Shown here piece by piece: positions 44,617-54,070 of a stretch of DNA of 59,185 nucleotides. Under the pieces are notes generated by a model. That model saw only the letters and a program-made list of their open reading frames with translations. It was not told the origin of the DNA and searched no databases. The stretch spans positions 1-59,185 of the forward strand of contig JAJZHH010000001.1 of assembly GCA_021804595.1 (NCBI GenBank), read 5' to 3'. Origin of the DNA: Pseudomonadota bacterium. Lineage in GTDB: Bacteria > Pseudomonadota > Gammaproteobacteria > Burkholderiales > Burkholderiaceae_C. Position 1 is the first letter of the stretch; each line of letters opens with the position of its first letter. The position numbers were made by a program, and so were the translations under genes.

Positions 44617-45774
44617 ATGCAATTCAAGCGATTCCACCTCGCCGCAGCCGCCGGCCTGTGGCTGTGCGCATCGGCTGGCGCCGCGCCGCTGGCGCCGGCC
44701 GCGTCGGCGCCGGCGCTGCACGGGCTGCCGAACTACCCGGTGGCGCCGCAGCAGCGCGCACGCGCCGAGGCCGCCGCGCAACGCGGCGTCCCGGTCAGCG
44801 AACTCGCCGCCGGCGCGCCGCAGCGCTACACGGTGCGCCGCGGCGACACGCTGTGGAAGCTGTCGGGGATGTACTTGCGCCGGCCGTGGAACTGGCCCGA
44901 ACTGTGGGGCATGAACCTGGCGCAGATCCGCAACCCGCACTGGATCTTTCCCGGCCAGGTGCTGCTGCTGCACGTCGAGGCGGGTCGCGCCTGGCTGAGC
45001 AGCGAGGCCGGCAGCGGCCTGCCGACGGTGCGCCTGGAGCCCGGAGTGCGCGTCGAACCGCTGCCGCCGGCTGGGATTCCGACGCTCGATCCGCTGGTCA
45101 TCGGCTCGTTCCTGACGCGCGCGCTGATCATCGAGCCCGACCAGCTCGCGCGGTCGCCGCGCATCGTCGCGCTGCAACCGGGACAGATGATGCTGGCGCC
45201 GGGGCAGACCGCCTTCGTGCGCGGCGATCTCGGCGACGCGACCCGCTTCGACGTCTATCGCCCGGCGCAGCCCTTGCACGAGCCCGGCAGCGAACACATC
45301 ATCGCCTGGCAGTCGCGCTATCTGGGCAGCGTGCGGCTGGTGCATGCTGCCCAGGGCAAGGACGCGGTGGCCACCGTCGAAGTGCACGACATGGTGCGCG
45401 ACATCGAAGTCGGCGATCGGCTGATCGCCGAGCCACCGCGCCAGCACCTCGATTTCACGCCGCACGCTCCGGCACACGCCATCTCGGGGACCATCCTGGC
45501 GGTCTACGGCGACATCTCGATGGCCGGTCGCAATGGCGTCGTCGTCATCGACCGCGGCCACGCGCAAGGCGTCGAGCGCGGCGACGTGCTGGCGATCAGC
45601 AGCCCAACGCGCGAGGTCGACGACACCACGCTGGCGAAGCCGGCGCCGATCGAGCTGCCGGCCCAGCGCAGCGGGTTGCTGATGGTGTTCCGCACCTTCC
45701 GCGACGTGTCCTACGCGCTGGTACTCGACGCCACGCACGAAGTCGTCGCGGGCGACACCGTCGCGCAGCCCTGA
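44617..45774 (+). CDS. LysM peptidoglycan-binding protein (TsaP-like)
   Basis: Signal peptide, [25 protein letters not shown]; def-lysM-dprA order. Confidence 0.88.
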   Translation: MQFKRFHLAAAAGLWLCASAGAAPLAPAASAPALHGLPNYPVAPQQRARAEAAAQRGVPVSELAAGAPQRYTVRRGDTLWKLSGMYLRRPWNWPELWGMNLAQIRNPHWIFPGQVLLLHVEAGRAWLSSEAGSGLPTVRLEPGVRVEPLPPAGIPTLDPLVIGSFLTRALIIEPDQLARSPRIVALQPGQMMLAPGQTAFVRGDLGDATRFDVYRPAQPLHEPGSEHIIAWQSRYLGSVRLVHAAQGKDAVATVEVHDMVRDIEVGDRLIAEPPRQHLDFTPHAPAHAISGTILAVYGDISMAGRNGVVVIDRGHAQGVERGDVLAISSPTREVDDTTLAKPAPIELPAQRSGLLMVFRTFRDVSYALVLDATHEVVAGDTVAQP

Positions 45775-45794
45775 CGCGGCGCAGCGGGGGCGAC

Positions 45795-46907
45795 GTGCAA
45801 CTCGCGCCCGCGCCCGCGCTGCCGCGCGCCGAGCTGGCCGACTGGCTGCGCCTGGCCCACGCACCGGGTTTGGGCAGCACCGGCGCGCTGGCGCTGCTGC
45901 GCGCGTTCGGCCTGCCGGCGCAGGTGCTGGCGCAAACGGTTGAAGCGCTGGCGCGCGTCGTGCCGCACGCCACGGCGCAGGCGCTGCGCGCGCCGCCGGA
46001 CGCCGCGCATCACGCGCGGCTCGCGCGCGCCAGCGACTGGCTTGCCAATCCGGCGCATACCCTGTTGACGCTGGCCGACCCGCGTTATCCGCCGCAGCTG
46101 TTGCAAATCCCCGACCCACCGCCGCTGCTCTACGCCAGCGGCAAGGTCGAGCTGCTCGCCGCGCCACGCCTGCTGGCGCTGGTCGGCAGCCGCAACCCGA
46201 GCGCGCAAGGCGCGCTCGACGCGCAGGCGATGGCTGCCGCGCTGGCCGCCGCCGGCGTCACGCTGGTCTCGGGCATGGCGAAAGGCATCGACGCGGCGGC
46301 GCACCGCGGTGCGCTGCAGGCCGCTCACCTGCCCGGCGCCGGCTCGACCATCGCGGTGCTGGGCACCGGCTGCGACCGTGTCTACCCGGCGGCGCACCGC
46401 GCACTGGCGCATGCGATCGCCGGGCATGGTTTGCTGCTCAGCGAGTTCGAACTCGGCAGCACCGCGCGCCGCGAGCATTTCCCGCGCCGCAACCGCATCA
46501 TCAGCGGGCTGAGCCGCGGCGTGCTGGTGACCGAAGCTGCGCTGCAGTCGGGCTCACTGATCACCGCGCGGCTGGCGGCCGAACAGGGGCGTGACGTGCT
46601 CGCGGTGCCCGGCTCGATCCACAACCCGCTGGCGCGCGGCTGCCACCGGCTGCTGCGCGACGGCGCCGCGCTGGTCGAAGGCGTGGCCGACGTGCTCGCC
46701 GCGTTCGGCTGGCCCGCGACCGCCGACGCCGCGCCGGCACACGAGCTGCTCGATCTGCTGGCCGACGGCGAGCTGGGTCTCGACGAACTCGCCGCACACA
46801 GCGGGCGCGACCTGCGCTGGCTCGGCGAACAACTGCTCGAGCTCGAGCTGCAGGGTCGCGTGCTGCGCACCGACCATGGGCGCTTCCGGCGCATGCCTTC
46901 CGCATAG
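45795..46907 (+). CDS. dprA: DNA processing protein DprA
   Basis: YP..L..IPDPP, VGSR, VSGMAKGID, FPRRNRIISG, SGSLITA, PGSI. Confidence 0.96.
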   Translation: MQLAPAPALPRAELADWLRLAHAPGLGSTGALALLRAFGLPAQVLAQTVEALARVVPHATAQALRAPPDAAHHARLARASDWLANPAHTLLTLADPRYPPQLLQIPDPPPLLYASGKVELLAAPRLLALVGSRNPSAQGALDAQAMAAALAAAGVTLVSGMAKGIDAAAHRGALQAAHLPGAGSTIAVLGTGCDRVYPAAHRALAHAIAGHGLLLSEFELGSTARREHFPRRNRIISGLSRGVLVTEAALQSGSLITARLAAEQGRDVLAVPGSIHNPLARGCHRLLRDGAALVEGVADVLAAFGWPATADAAPAHELLDLLADGELGLDELAAHSGRDLRWLGEQLLELELQGRVLRTDHGRFRRMPSA

Positions 46908-46916
46908 AATGGCGCC

Positions 46917-47375
46917 ATGTTCGATGTCCTGATCTACGTCTACGAGACCTACTGGCATCCGGAAGCGTGTCCGGAGCCGGGGCAGCTGTCGCGCAAGCTC
47001 AGCGCCGCGGGGTTCGAGACCGACGAAATCAGCGACGCGCTCGACTGGCTGCAGGGCCTGGAGCGCGCCGCCGACGCCGCGCACGCGCTGGCCGCCGCGC
47101 GCGGCGACTCGATCAGGTTGTATGCGGCCGACGAACTCGACTGCCTCGGCGTCGACGCGATCGGCTACCTGAATTTTCTCGAATCGGCCGGAACGCTCAA
47201 GCCGCAGTTGCGCGAGCTGGTCGTCGAGCGCGCCGTCGCCACCGGCATCAAGCAGCTTCCGCTCGAGCAGCTCAAGACGATCGTGTTGATGGTGTTCTGG
47301 CGCCTGAACGAAGAACCCGATGCGCTGATCCTCGACGAACTGTTCGTTGAAAGCGACGACCGCGTCGTGCACTGA
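46917..47375 (+). CDS. smg: DUF494 protein Smg
   Basis: MFDVL.Y.YE.Y, L...GF...EI..AL.WL, RELV.ER; follows dprA. Confidence 0.93.
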   Translation: MFDVLIYVYETYWHPEACPEPGQLSRKLSAAGFETDEISDALDWLQGLERAADAAHALAAARGDSIRLYAADELDCLGVDAIGYLNFLESAGTLKPQLRELVVERAVATGIKQLPLEQLKTIVLMVFWRLNEEPDALILDELFVESDDRVVH

Positions 47376-47409
47376 AACGTCCTGCCGCATCCAGCCTGGA
47401 GACCCCCAG

Positions 47410-48195
47410 ATGCCTCGCCATTTCCGCCGCGCCGGCTTCGGCGCCGTGCTCGCCCTGCCGCTGCTGCTGGCCGCCTGCGGCGGCGGCAGCAGCCAATACA
47501 ACGGCTCGATCCTCAGCGGCCAGGTGCTGATGAGCGCCGGCGTCCCGGTCTACGACGGCGGTATCGGCAACGTCTGCGTCTACGCGCTGGTCAACGGCCA
47601 GGGCAATCCGCTCAACACCACCGTGGTGCCGTGGAGCAACACCGGCACGCTGCTGACCAACGGCTGCGTGCCGACCGACGTCAACGGCAACTTCTCGATC
47701 GACCTGAGCAGCTTCTATGGCCCGGTGCTGATCCAGGTCTCGGCCGGCAACTACACCAACATCGCGACGGCAACCAACACACCGCTGCCCAACGTCAGCA
47801 GCACCAATTCCAGCCTGCAGGCGATCGCCGACATCGGCGGCGGCGGCACCGTCACGGCCGTGGTCACGCCGTTGACGACGATCGCGACCGTGAAGTCGCA
47901 GGCGCTGTCCGGCGGGCTGAACGCGGCGAACTACGCGGCCGCGTCGGCCGACGTGGCCGGCCAGTTCCAGCTCGGCAGCCTCAGCATCAACGCCGCGCCG
48001 CAATCCGGCGACGCCTACGACAAAGCGCTGCGCGCAGTGCAGCAATACCTGGTCAGCGGTCCGGGTTCGGTCGACGACCCGAACGGCAACAATCTGCTGA
48101 CATGGAACGCGTCGGCGCTGCCGACCGTGCAGAGCGACTACACGTCGGCGTACACGCAGCTCTACGGCGCGTCGCCGACGTTCAGCTTCCATTGA
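47410..48195 (+). CDS. Uncharacterised lipoprotein
   Basis: GGAGA RBS, lipobox LAA-C + GGGSS; TD.NG.F.I..GP.L..G.Y and VTPLTT motifs; Asn/Thr/Ser-rich. Confidence 0.8.
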   Translation: MPRHFRRAGFGAVLALPLLLAACGGGSSQYNGSILSGQVLMSAGVPVYDGGIGNVCVYALVNGQGNPLNTTVVPWSNTGTLLTNGCVPTDVNGNFSIDLSSFYGPVLIQVSAGNYTNIATATNTPLPNVSSTNSSLQAIADIGGGGTVTAVVTPLTTIATVKSQALSGGLNAANYAAASADVAGQFQLGSLSINAAPQSGDAYDKALRAVQQYLVSGPGSVDDPNGNNLLTWNASALPTVQSDYTSAYTQLYGASPTFSFH

Positions 48196-48198
48196 TGG

Positions 48199-48216
48199 CC
48201 CCCTGCGAACAGGGGG
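48199..48216 (+). terminator. Hairpin after the lipoprotein gene
   Basis: CCCCCTG-CGAA-CAGGGGG immediately after the stop; no U-tract. Confidence 0.4.
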
Positions 48217-48353
48217 GGTCAGCCCGCGCAGGAGCCGGAAACAGCCCGGCGCGGTTTCAAACTGTGGAACAGCGCGGCTAAATCGGGGCAAAATGGCGGG
48301 ATTGCGCGCCCACCAAGCAGCGGGGGCGCGCACAAGGTCCGCCCCACGCCTCG

Positions 48354-51300
48354 ATGCCGCTCCCGCCCCTGACCCTGCACGCGCCTGCCGCCCGCGACGA
48401 CGCTTCGCGGGTGATGGCACGGATCGCGGCCGGCGGCGTGCTGCTGGTGCTGTCGATGGGCGCGGTGATCGGCTGGAGCCGCTGGCAGGACACGCGCCAG
48501 CGCGCGCAGATCGTGCTGCGCTCGTACGCACGCGTCTACGCGCGCAGCTATGCGCAGCTGGCGAACTCGCGCGAGCGTCACCTGAGCGAGATTGCGACCC
48601 AACTGCAGGGCTCGCCGCAGCACAGCGGCGCGCTGCTCGCGCGCGCACTGCGGCAGTGGCCGCAGCAACGCAATCTGGTGCTGCTCGACGCGCAGGGTCG
48701 GGTGCTGCACGTGAACGGCCCGGCGCTGCTCTACCCGGCGCGACAGACGCAACTTCCCGCATCGCTGCGCCAGGCGTGGAGCGCGTGTCCCGGCGCGCAG
48801 TCAGCGTGCATCGCGCCGCCGGCGCCGGGGCCGGCCGGCGCCATGCTCGGCGCGGCGCTGCAGCGGCTGACGCCGCCGCTCGGCCAGGCGCAGTGGCTGG
48901 CCGCGGTGCACCTGCAGCGCGACGCCGCCCTGCTGCCTGAACTGCACGCGGCCTACCCGATGGCCAGCCTGGTGCTGCGCCGCGCCGACGGCAGCGCGCA
49001 ATACGCCTACCCGGCCGCGGCGCAACAACACGCCGGTGCCGCCGCGATCAGCGTGACGGCCAAAGTCGACGGCCTGCCCGACACCGTGTCCATCGCGGTG
49101 CCACGCGCCGTGCTGCTGCGGCAATGGCTGCGCGAGCTGCTGCCGTACGCGGCGCTGCTGTTGCTGCTCAGCGCCGTCGGCGCGGCGTTGATCTGGGTGG
49201 CGACACGGCGGCTGCGCGGGCTCGAGCGCCAGCGCCGCGACGCGATGCACAGGCTGGAACGCGCGTCGGCGTTCCAGGCCTTCCGCGCCAAGAGCAACGA
49301 GCTGATCGCCGGTTCGAGCAGCGAGCACGACCTGCTGCAGGCGATCTGCGACGCCGCGATCGGCTTGTCCGACGTGCGCCTGGCCTGGATCGGCCGGCCC
49401 GACGCGCAAGGGCGCTGCGAAGTGCTCGCCGCCGCCGGCGCGGTCGACTATCTCGACGGCGTCGACATCTCGATCGACGCGCTGCTGCCCTCGGGGCGAG
49501 GCCCGTTTGGCGCCGCGTGGCGCAGCGGCCTCGCGCAGTTCAACCCCGACTTCGGCGCCCACGGGCAGACGTGGGAGGCGCGCGCCGCGCGGCACGGCCT
49601 GCGCGCCAGCGCGGCGCTGCCGATCCGGCGTCATGACCGCCAGGACGCGATCCTGTCCTTGTACTGGGGCGACCCGATCGAGTTCGACGACAGTTTCCGG
49701 GCGATGGTCGGCGACGCCGCCGCCGACATCAGCCGTGGCCTCGAGCGCCTCGACCTGATCGGCGCGCAGCGCGAGGCGCTGCGCGCGCACGAACGCCAGG
49801 GCGAGCTGATGCGCACGGTGTTTTCGCAGATCGACGTGCTGATCGCGTCGCGCAACGAGCAGGACCTGCTCGTCACCGCGTGCACCCGGCTGCTCGAAGG
49901 CGGCCTGTTCATCGCGGCCTGGATCGGCCAGCCCGACGCCGACGGCACGGTGCACGCACTGGCCGCCGGCGGCGAGGCGCTGGCCACGCTCGCGGCGACG
50001 CCGCTGAATCTGCACCAGGCGCCGCACAGTGCGCTGGCGCGGGCCTGGAACAGCGAGGCCAAGGCGATCGAGAGCGACCCCGAATCGCCGCTGATCAAAC
50101 CGTGGTCGATGTTTGCGCTGCCCGAGATGAGCCCGGAGGCGATCACGCTGCCGATCCGGCGCTCGGAGCGGCTGTGGGGTCTGCTGGTGCTGGTGGCCGC
50201 CGACGGCGCCGACCTCGACGAGATCGTGCAGAACACGCTGCTGCGCACCGCCGAGCTGATCGGCCAGGCACTGACCGAGATCGACCTCAAGCAGCTGCTG
50301 CAGACGCGCGAATCGGAGCAGGCCCATCTGGCGCGCCACGACGCGCTGACCGGGCTGGCCAACCGGCTCGCGCTCGACCAGCATCTGCCGCGCGCGATCG
50401 CGCGCGCCCGGCGCAGCGGCCACCAGATCGCGATCGGCGTGCTCGACCTCGACGACTTCAAGCCGGTCAACGACAACTACGGCCACGCCGCCGGCGACCG
50501 CCTGCTGCAGGACCTGGCGCAACGTCTGCAAGCCCAGCTGCGCGAAGCCGACCTGCTCGCCCGGCTCGGCGGCGATGAGTTCGTGCTCGTGCTCGACGAT
50601 CTCGACGCGCTGCACCCGCGCCAGCAGCTCGGCGCGATCCTGGCCCGGCTGCACCGCGCGGTCGAGCAGCCGTTCGAGCTCGGCGGCGGCCTGCGCGCCG
50701 AAGTCGGCATGAGCATGGGCGTGGCGCTGTACCCGGGCGACGGCGAGGACGCCGACCTGCTGCTGCGCCAGGCGGACGCCGCGCTGTACGCGGCGAAATC
50801 GGGCAAGGGCCGACGCGAGCGCTGGTGGCTGGTCAGCGGCGAAAGGGTCGACGAGGCCGAGGACGACGGCGTCGAGCCCTACGGCGACGCCGCCGCCGAA
50901 CTGCTCGGCCGCGTGCAGGACGACCTGATCGGGCTCGAGGACGGCTTCATCGAGGAGTTCTACCGGCGCCTGAGCGACGACACCGCGAGTACGCGCATCA
51001 TCGACATGCTGTCGGTGCGCGAATTCGAGCATCTGCGCGAGCAGCAGCGCCGCCACCTGCGCCGCCTGCTCGCGCCGGCACTGAGCCGGCGCGAGCACGA
51101 ACACGGCGCGCAGCGCCTCGGACGCATCCACGCGACGGTCGGTGTCGACAGCAGCGCGGTGATGGCGGCGATGAGCCAGTACAGCGCGACGCTGCATCGC
51201 GCCACCCAGGGCCTGCCGTTGCGCCTCGAAGCCCGCGTGAAGCTGCAGGCGGTGCTGCAGGACCGCCTGGCCACCGAGCTGCAGTCGGCGCAGCGCGGCG

Positions 51301-53087
51301 GGATCGAAGTCGAGCACGAGCGGCAGGCGCATCTGTCGGCGATGGAAATGCAGCTCGACGGCTGGGAGCAGTCGGGCCAGCTGCCGCGCCAGGTCGTCGC
51401 CCACCTGGCGATGCTGCCCGGGATCTGCGGCGTGGCCTGCGGCCGCCCCGACGCCGACAACCATTACGTGCTCGAGTTCGCCGCCGGGGTCGCCGCCGAC
51501 TATCTGCAGGCGCTGCGCGACGAAGGCCTCGACCTGGATTTCCAGCGCATCGGCAGCGACGCGCCGGGGCCGACGCAGCGCGCGTGGAGCAGCGGCGTGA
51601 TCGCCAGCGAGCCCAACGAGAGCCGCGCGCAGCCGTTCGGCCCGATCGCGCGCCGCTTCGGCGTGCGCAGCACCGCGGCGCTGCCGTTGCTCGACCGCAG
51701 CGGCCACGTGCACCAGGTCATCACGCTGCTCGGCCAGTACCCGGGACAGTTCGACGCGGCCGGCATGCGGCTGTGGATGGAGTCGGTGCAGCACCAGCTC
51801 AACCCGGCGTTCCAGCGCGTGCTCGCCGGGCAGGCGCAGCCGATCGCGGCGACGCGACGCGCGCATCTGCACGAGCTGCTGTTCGGCAACGGGCTGCAGA
51901 TGTACGTGCAGCCGCTGGTCAATATGCAATCGGGCGAGATCGACAAGGTCGAAGCGCTGGCCCGGCTGCAGGACGGCGATCGCGTGCTCGCTCCGGCCGA
52001 CTTCCTCGAGGCGTTCGGCAGCCACGAGCTGCGCATCCTGTTCCGCCGCGGGCTCGAGCAGTCGCTGCACTGGCTGCGCCAATGGGACGCGCAGGGCCTG
52101 CGCATCGACACCAGCGTGAACCTGCCGCCCAGCGTGCTGCTCGACCCGGAATGCGCGACCTGGATCGCACAGGCGCTGCACGACCACGGCGTCGACGCCG
52201 ACCGCGTCTACGTCGAACTGCTCGAGACCCACGAGGACCTGCTCGACGGCGCGCGCCGCGACGCGGCGATCGCCAGCCTGTCGCGGCTCGGCGTGCGCCT
52301 GATCATGGACGACCTCGGCTCGGGCTACAGCAGCCTCAAGCGCATGCGCAGCCTGCCGTTCCACACGGTGAAGATCGACCAGCAGATCGTGCTGCAGGCG
52401 CACGACGACCCGGCGAAGACCATTGCCTTCATCGGCGCGCTGGTGCGCATGGCGCAGGGCCTGGGCATGCAGGTGACGATGGAGGGCCTGGAAACCGACG
52501 ACCTGATCGAAATGGCGTTGAGCCTGGGCGTCGAGCACGGCCAGGGCTACGCGCTGTCGGCGCCGATGCCGGCTGCGGCGCTGCCCGACTGGCTGCGTGC
52601 ATGGCGCTGGCAGCGCGACCCGGCGCAGCCGACCACCGCGCTGGGCCGGCAGTCGCTGCTGTTCGCGCGCGACGTCGCCCCGCTCGACTGGCAGCGCGTG
52701 ATCGCGTCGCACCAGCGCTTCAGCGACGGCATCGGGCGCGCGCTGCGCGGCGACGGCACGCCGCTGCAATGGGCGCTGGTGCGGCGCGACGACGCCTGCC
52801 TGCTCGGGCGCTGGATGAAGCGCCAGGAAGCCACGATCTGGCCCGAGGCGCGGCCGCTGTTCGCGAAGGCGCAGCAGCTGCACGCGCAATTCCACCACCG
52901 TGCCGGCGAGCTGCTGCGGCTGGCGCAGCACGACGGCCAGCTCGAACGCGCGCTGGCCGAACTCGACGGCGGCGTGATCGATCGCGCCAGCGACCGCCTG
53001 CTGCGCGCGCTGCACCAGTTGAGCTGGATCATGAGCGTCGACGCTGCGCTGCCCGAGACGATCGAAACCGCCGAGGCGCTGGAGTAG
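48354..53087 (+). CDS. Membrane-bound diguanylate cyclase/phosphodiesterase: TM-periplasmic sensor-TM-GAF-GAF-GGDEF-globin-GAF-EAL-CZB
   Basis: HDALTGLANR, DLDDFK.VND.YGH, READ-x5-GGDEF; globin FIEEFY..GRIH; EALAR, DDLGSGYSS, KID, EGLE, QGY; CZB H..CLLGRW..HAQFH. Start uncertain. Confidence 0.9.
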   Translation: MPLPPLTLHAPAARDDASRVMARIAAGGVLLVLSMGAVIGWSRWQDTRQRAQIVLRSYARVYARSYAQLANSRERHLSEIATQLQGSPQHSGALLARALRQWPQQRNLVLLDAQGRVLHVNGPALLYPARQTQLPASLRQAWSACPGAQSACIAPPAPGPAGAMLGAALQRLTPPLGQAQWLAAVHLQRDAALLPELHAAYPMASLVLRRADGSAQYAYPAAAQQHAGAAAISVTAKVDGLPDTVSIAVPRAVLLRQWLRELLPYAALLLLLSAVGAALIWVATRRLRGLERQRRDAMHRLERASAFQAFRAKSNELIAGSSSEHDLLQAICDAAIGLSDVRLAWIGRPDAQGRCEVLAAAGAVDYLDGVDISIDALLPSGRGPFGAAWRSGLAQFNPDFGAHGQTWEARAARHGLRASAALPIRRHDRQDAILSLYWGDPIEFDDSFRAMVGDAAADISRGLERLDLIGAQREALRAHERQGELMRTVFSQIDVLIASRNEQDLLVTACTRLLEGGLFIAAWIGQPDADGTVHALAAGGEALATLAATPLNLHQAPHSALARAWNSEAKAIESDPESPLIKPWSMFALPEMSPEAITLPIRRSERLWGLLVLVAADGADLDEIVQNTLLRTAELIGQALTEIDLKQLLQTRESEQAHLARHDALTGLANRLALDQHLPRAIARARRSGHQIAIGVLDLDDFKPVNDNYGHAAGDRLLQDLAQRLQAQLREADLLARLGGDEFVLVLDDLDALHPRQQLGAILARLHRAVEQPFELGGGLRAEVGMSMGVALYPGDGEDADLLLRQADAALYAAKSGKGRRERWWLVSGERVDEAEDDGVEPYGDAAAELLGRVQDDLIGLEDGFIEEFYRRLSDDTASTRIIDMLSVREFEHLREQQRRHLRRLLAPALSRREHEHGAQRLGRIHATVGVDSSAVMAAMSQYSATLHRATQGLPLRLEARVKLQAVLQDRLATELQSAQRGGIEVEHERQAHLSAMEMQLDGWEQSGQLPRQVVAHLAMLPGICGVACGRPDADNHYVLEFAAGVAADYLQALRDEGLDLDFQRIGSDAPGPTQRAWSSGVIASEPNESRAQPFGPIARRFGVRSTAALPLLDRSGHVHQVITLLGQYPGQFDAAGMRLWMESVQHQLNPAFQRVLAGQAQPIAATRRAHLHELLFGNGLQMYVQPLVNMQSGEIDKVEALARLQDGDRVLAPADFLEAFGSHELRILFRRGLEQSLHWLRQWDAQGLRIDTSVNLPPSVLLDPECATWIAQALHDHGVDADRVYVELLETHEDLLDGARRDAAIASLSRLGVRLIMDDLGSGYSSLKRMRSLPFHTVKIDQQIVLQAHDDPAKTIAFIGALVRMAQGLGMQVTMEGLETDDLIEMALSLGVEHGQGYALSAPMPAAALPDWLRAWRWQRDPAQPTTALGRQSLLFARDVAPLDWQRVIASHQRFSDGIGRALRGDGTPLQWALVRRDDACLLGRWMKRQEATIWPEARPLFAKAQQLHAQFHHRAGELLRLAQHDGQLERALAELDGGVIDRASDRLLRALHQLSWIMSVDAALPETIETAEALE

Positions 53088-53126
53088 AGTGGCTGCCGGG
53101 GCCGCTGCCCCGGGGAGGATGCTGCG

Positions 53127-53663
53127 ATGCATCGAACGACACGCACGGCCGCGTTCGCCGGCCTGCTCGCCGCGCTCGCCGCCCCGGCCGCGGCGTTCGA
53201 AGTGGCCAGCGCGTCGCTGCACGCCGATGGCCGCCTTGACGCGGCGCAGGCCTACGATGGCCACGGCTGCGGCGGTGCCAACATCTCGCCCGAAGTGCAC
53301 TGGCGCGCAGCGCCGGCGGCCACGCGCAGCTTCGCGCTGACGCTGTTCGACCCCGACGCGCGCGGCGGCCGCGGCTGGTGGCACTGGCTGGTGCTCGACC
53401 TGCCGGCCACGCAGCGCGCGCTGGCCGCCGGCGCCACGCTTCCGACCGGCGCGCGGACGTGGCGCAACAGCTTCGGCGAATCAGGCTATGGCGGCCCGTG
53501 CCCGCCGATCGGCGACGCGCCGCACCACTACGTGCTGACGCTGTACGCGCTGCGCGACGCGGCGCTGGCGCTGCCGCCCGACGCCGACGCGGCGCGCGTC
53601 GCCGCGCTGCTGCAGGCCGACGCGCTGGCCAGTGCGCGCTGGGTCGGCCGCTACGCGCGCTGA
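53127..53663 (+). CDS. YbhB/YbcL (PEBP/Raf kinase inhibitor-like) periplasmic protein
   Basis: Signal peptide, GCGG.N.SP, DPDA, WWHW, YGGPCPP, HHY. Confidence 0.92.
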   Translation: MHRTTRTAAFAGLLAALAAPAAAFEVASASLHADGRLDAAQAYDGHGCGGANISPEVHWRAAPAATRSFALTLFDPDARGGRGWWHWLVLDLPATQRALAAGATLPTGARTWRNSFGESGYGGPCPPIGDAPHHYVLTLYALRDAALALPPDADAARVAALLQADALASARWVGRYAR

Positions 53664-53674
53664 CGCCGCACGCG

Positions 53675-54037
53675 TCAGCGCTGACGCCGGGTCAGTGCCG
53701 CCAACGTGCGGCTGCGGTCGATGCTCGCCTGGCGCCGCTCGGCCTGCGCGAACGCTTCTTCGTAGCTGGCGCCCTGGCCCATCACGACGAACACGTCGAA
53801 GCCCTTCTGCCAGTCGTCGTAGCCGACCTGGTAACGATCGGACGACGCCAGCCTGGCGCGCAGCTCGGCCAGCAGCACCTCGGCGTCCTTCGGCCGGGCG
53901 CGCTCGATGCGGTCGACTTCCTGCAGCAGCGCCGAGCGCTCGGCCAGCGGCAAGCGGAAACCGGGCCCGCGGTCGACGACGCGGGCGCTGGCGCCCCACA
54001 TGCGGCGGGCGCGACGCAGCGCAATGGATTCGATCAT
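53675..54037 (-). CDS. Hypothetical protein
   Basis: Protein-like composition; fills the gap; co-oriented just downstream of the efflux operon. Confidence 0.65.
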   Translation of the reverse strand: MIESIALRRARRMWGASARVVDRGPGFRLPLAERSALLQEVDRIERARPKDAEVLLAELRARLASSDRYQVGYDDWQKGFDVFVVMGQGASYEEAFAQAERRQASIDRSRTLAALTRRQR

Positions 54038-54070
54038 GACGGCTGGATTGGCGGACGTTGCCGCACATTC

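Noticed and set aside
43644-46907. Apparent 1087-aa DprA fusion
   Set aside because: The upstream part is a stop-free frame over fmt/def/lysM; DprA motifs begin only at GTG 45795
48801-53384. 1527-aa minus-strand ORF, and many similar long antisense or alternate-frame ORFs (e.g. 34727-37258, 29070-31559, 14137-16641)
   Set aside because: Shadow ORFs of high-GC genes; they lack motifs and overlap well-supported genes
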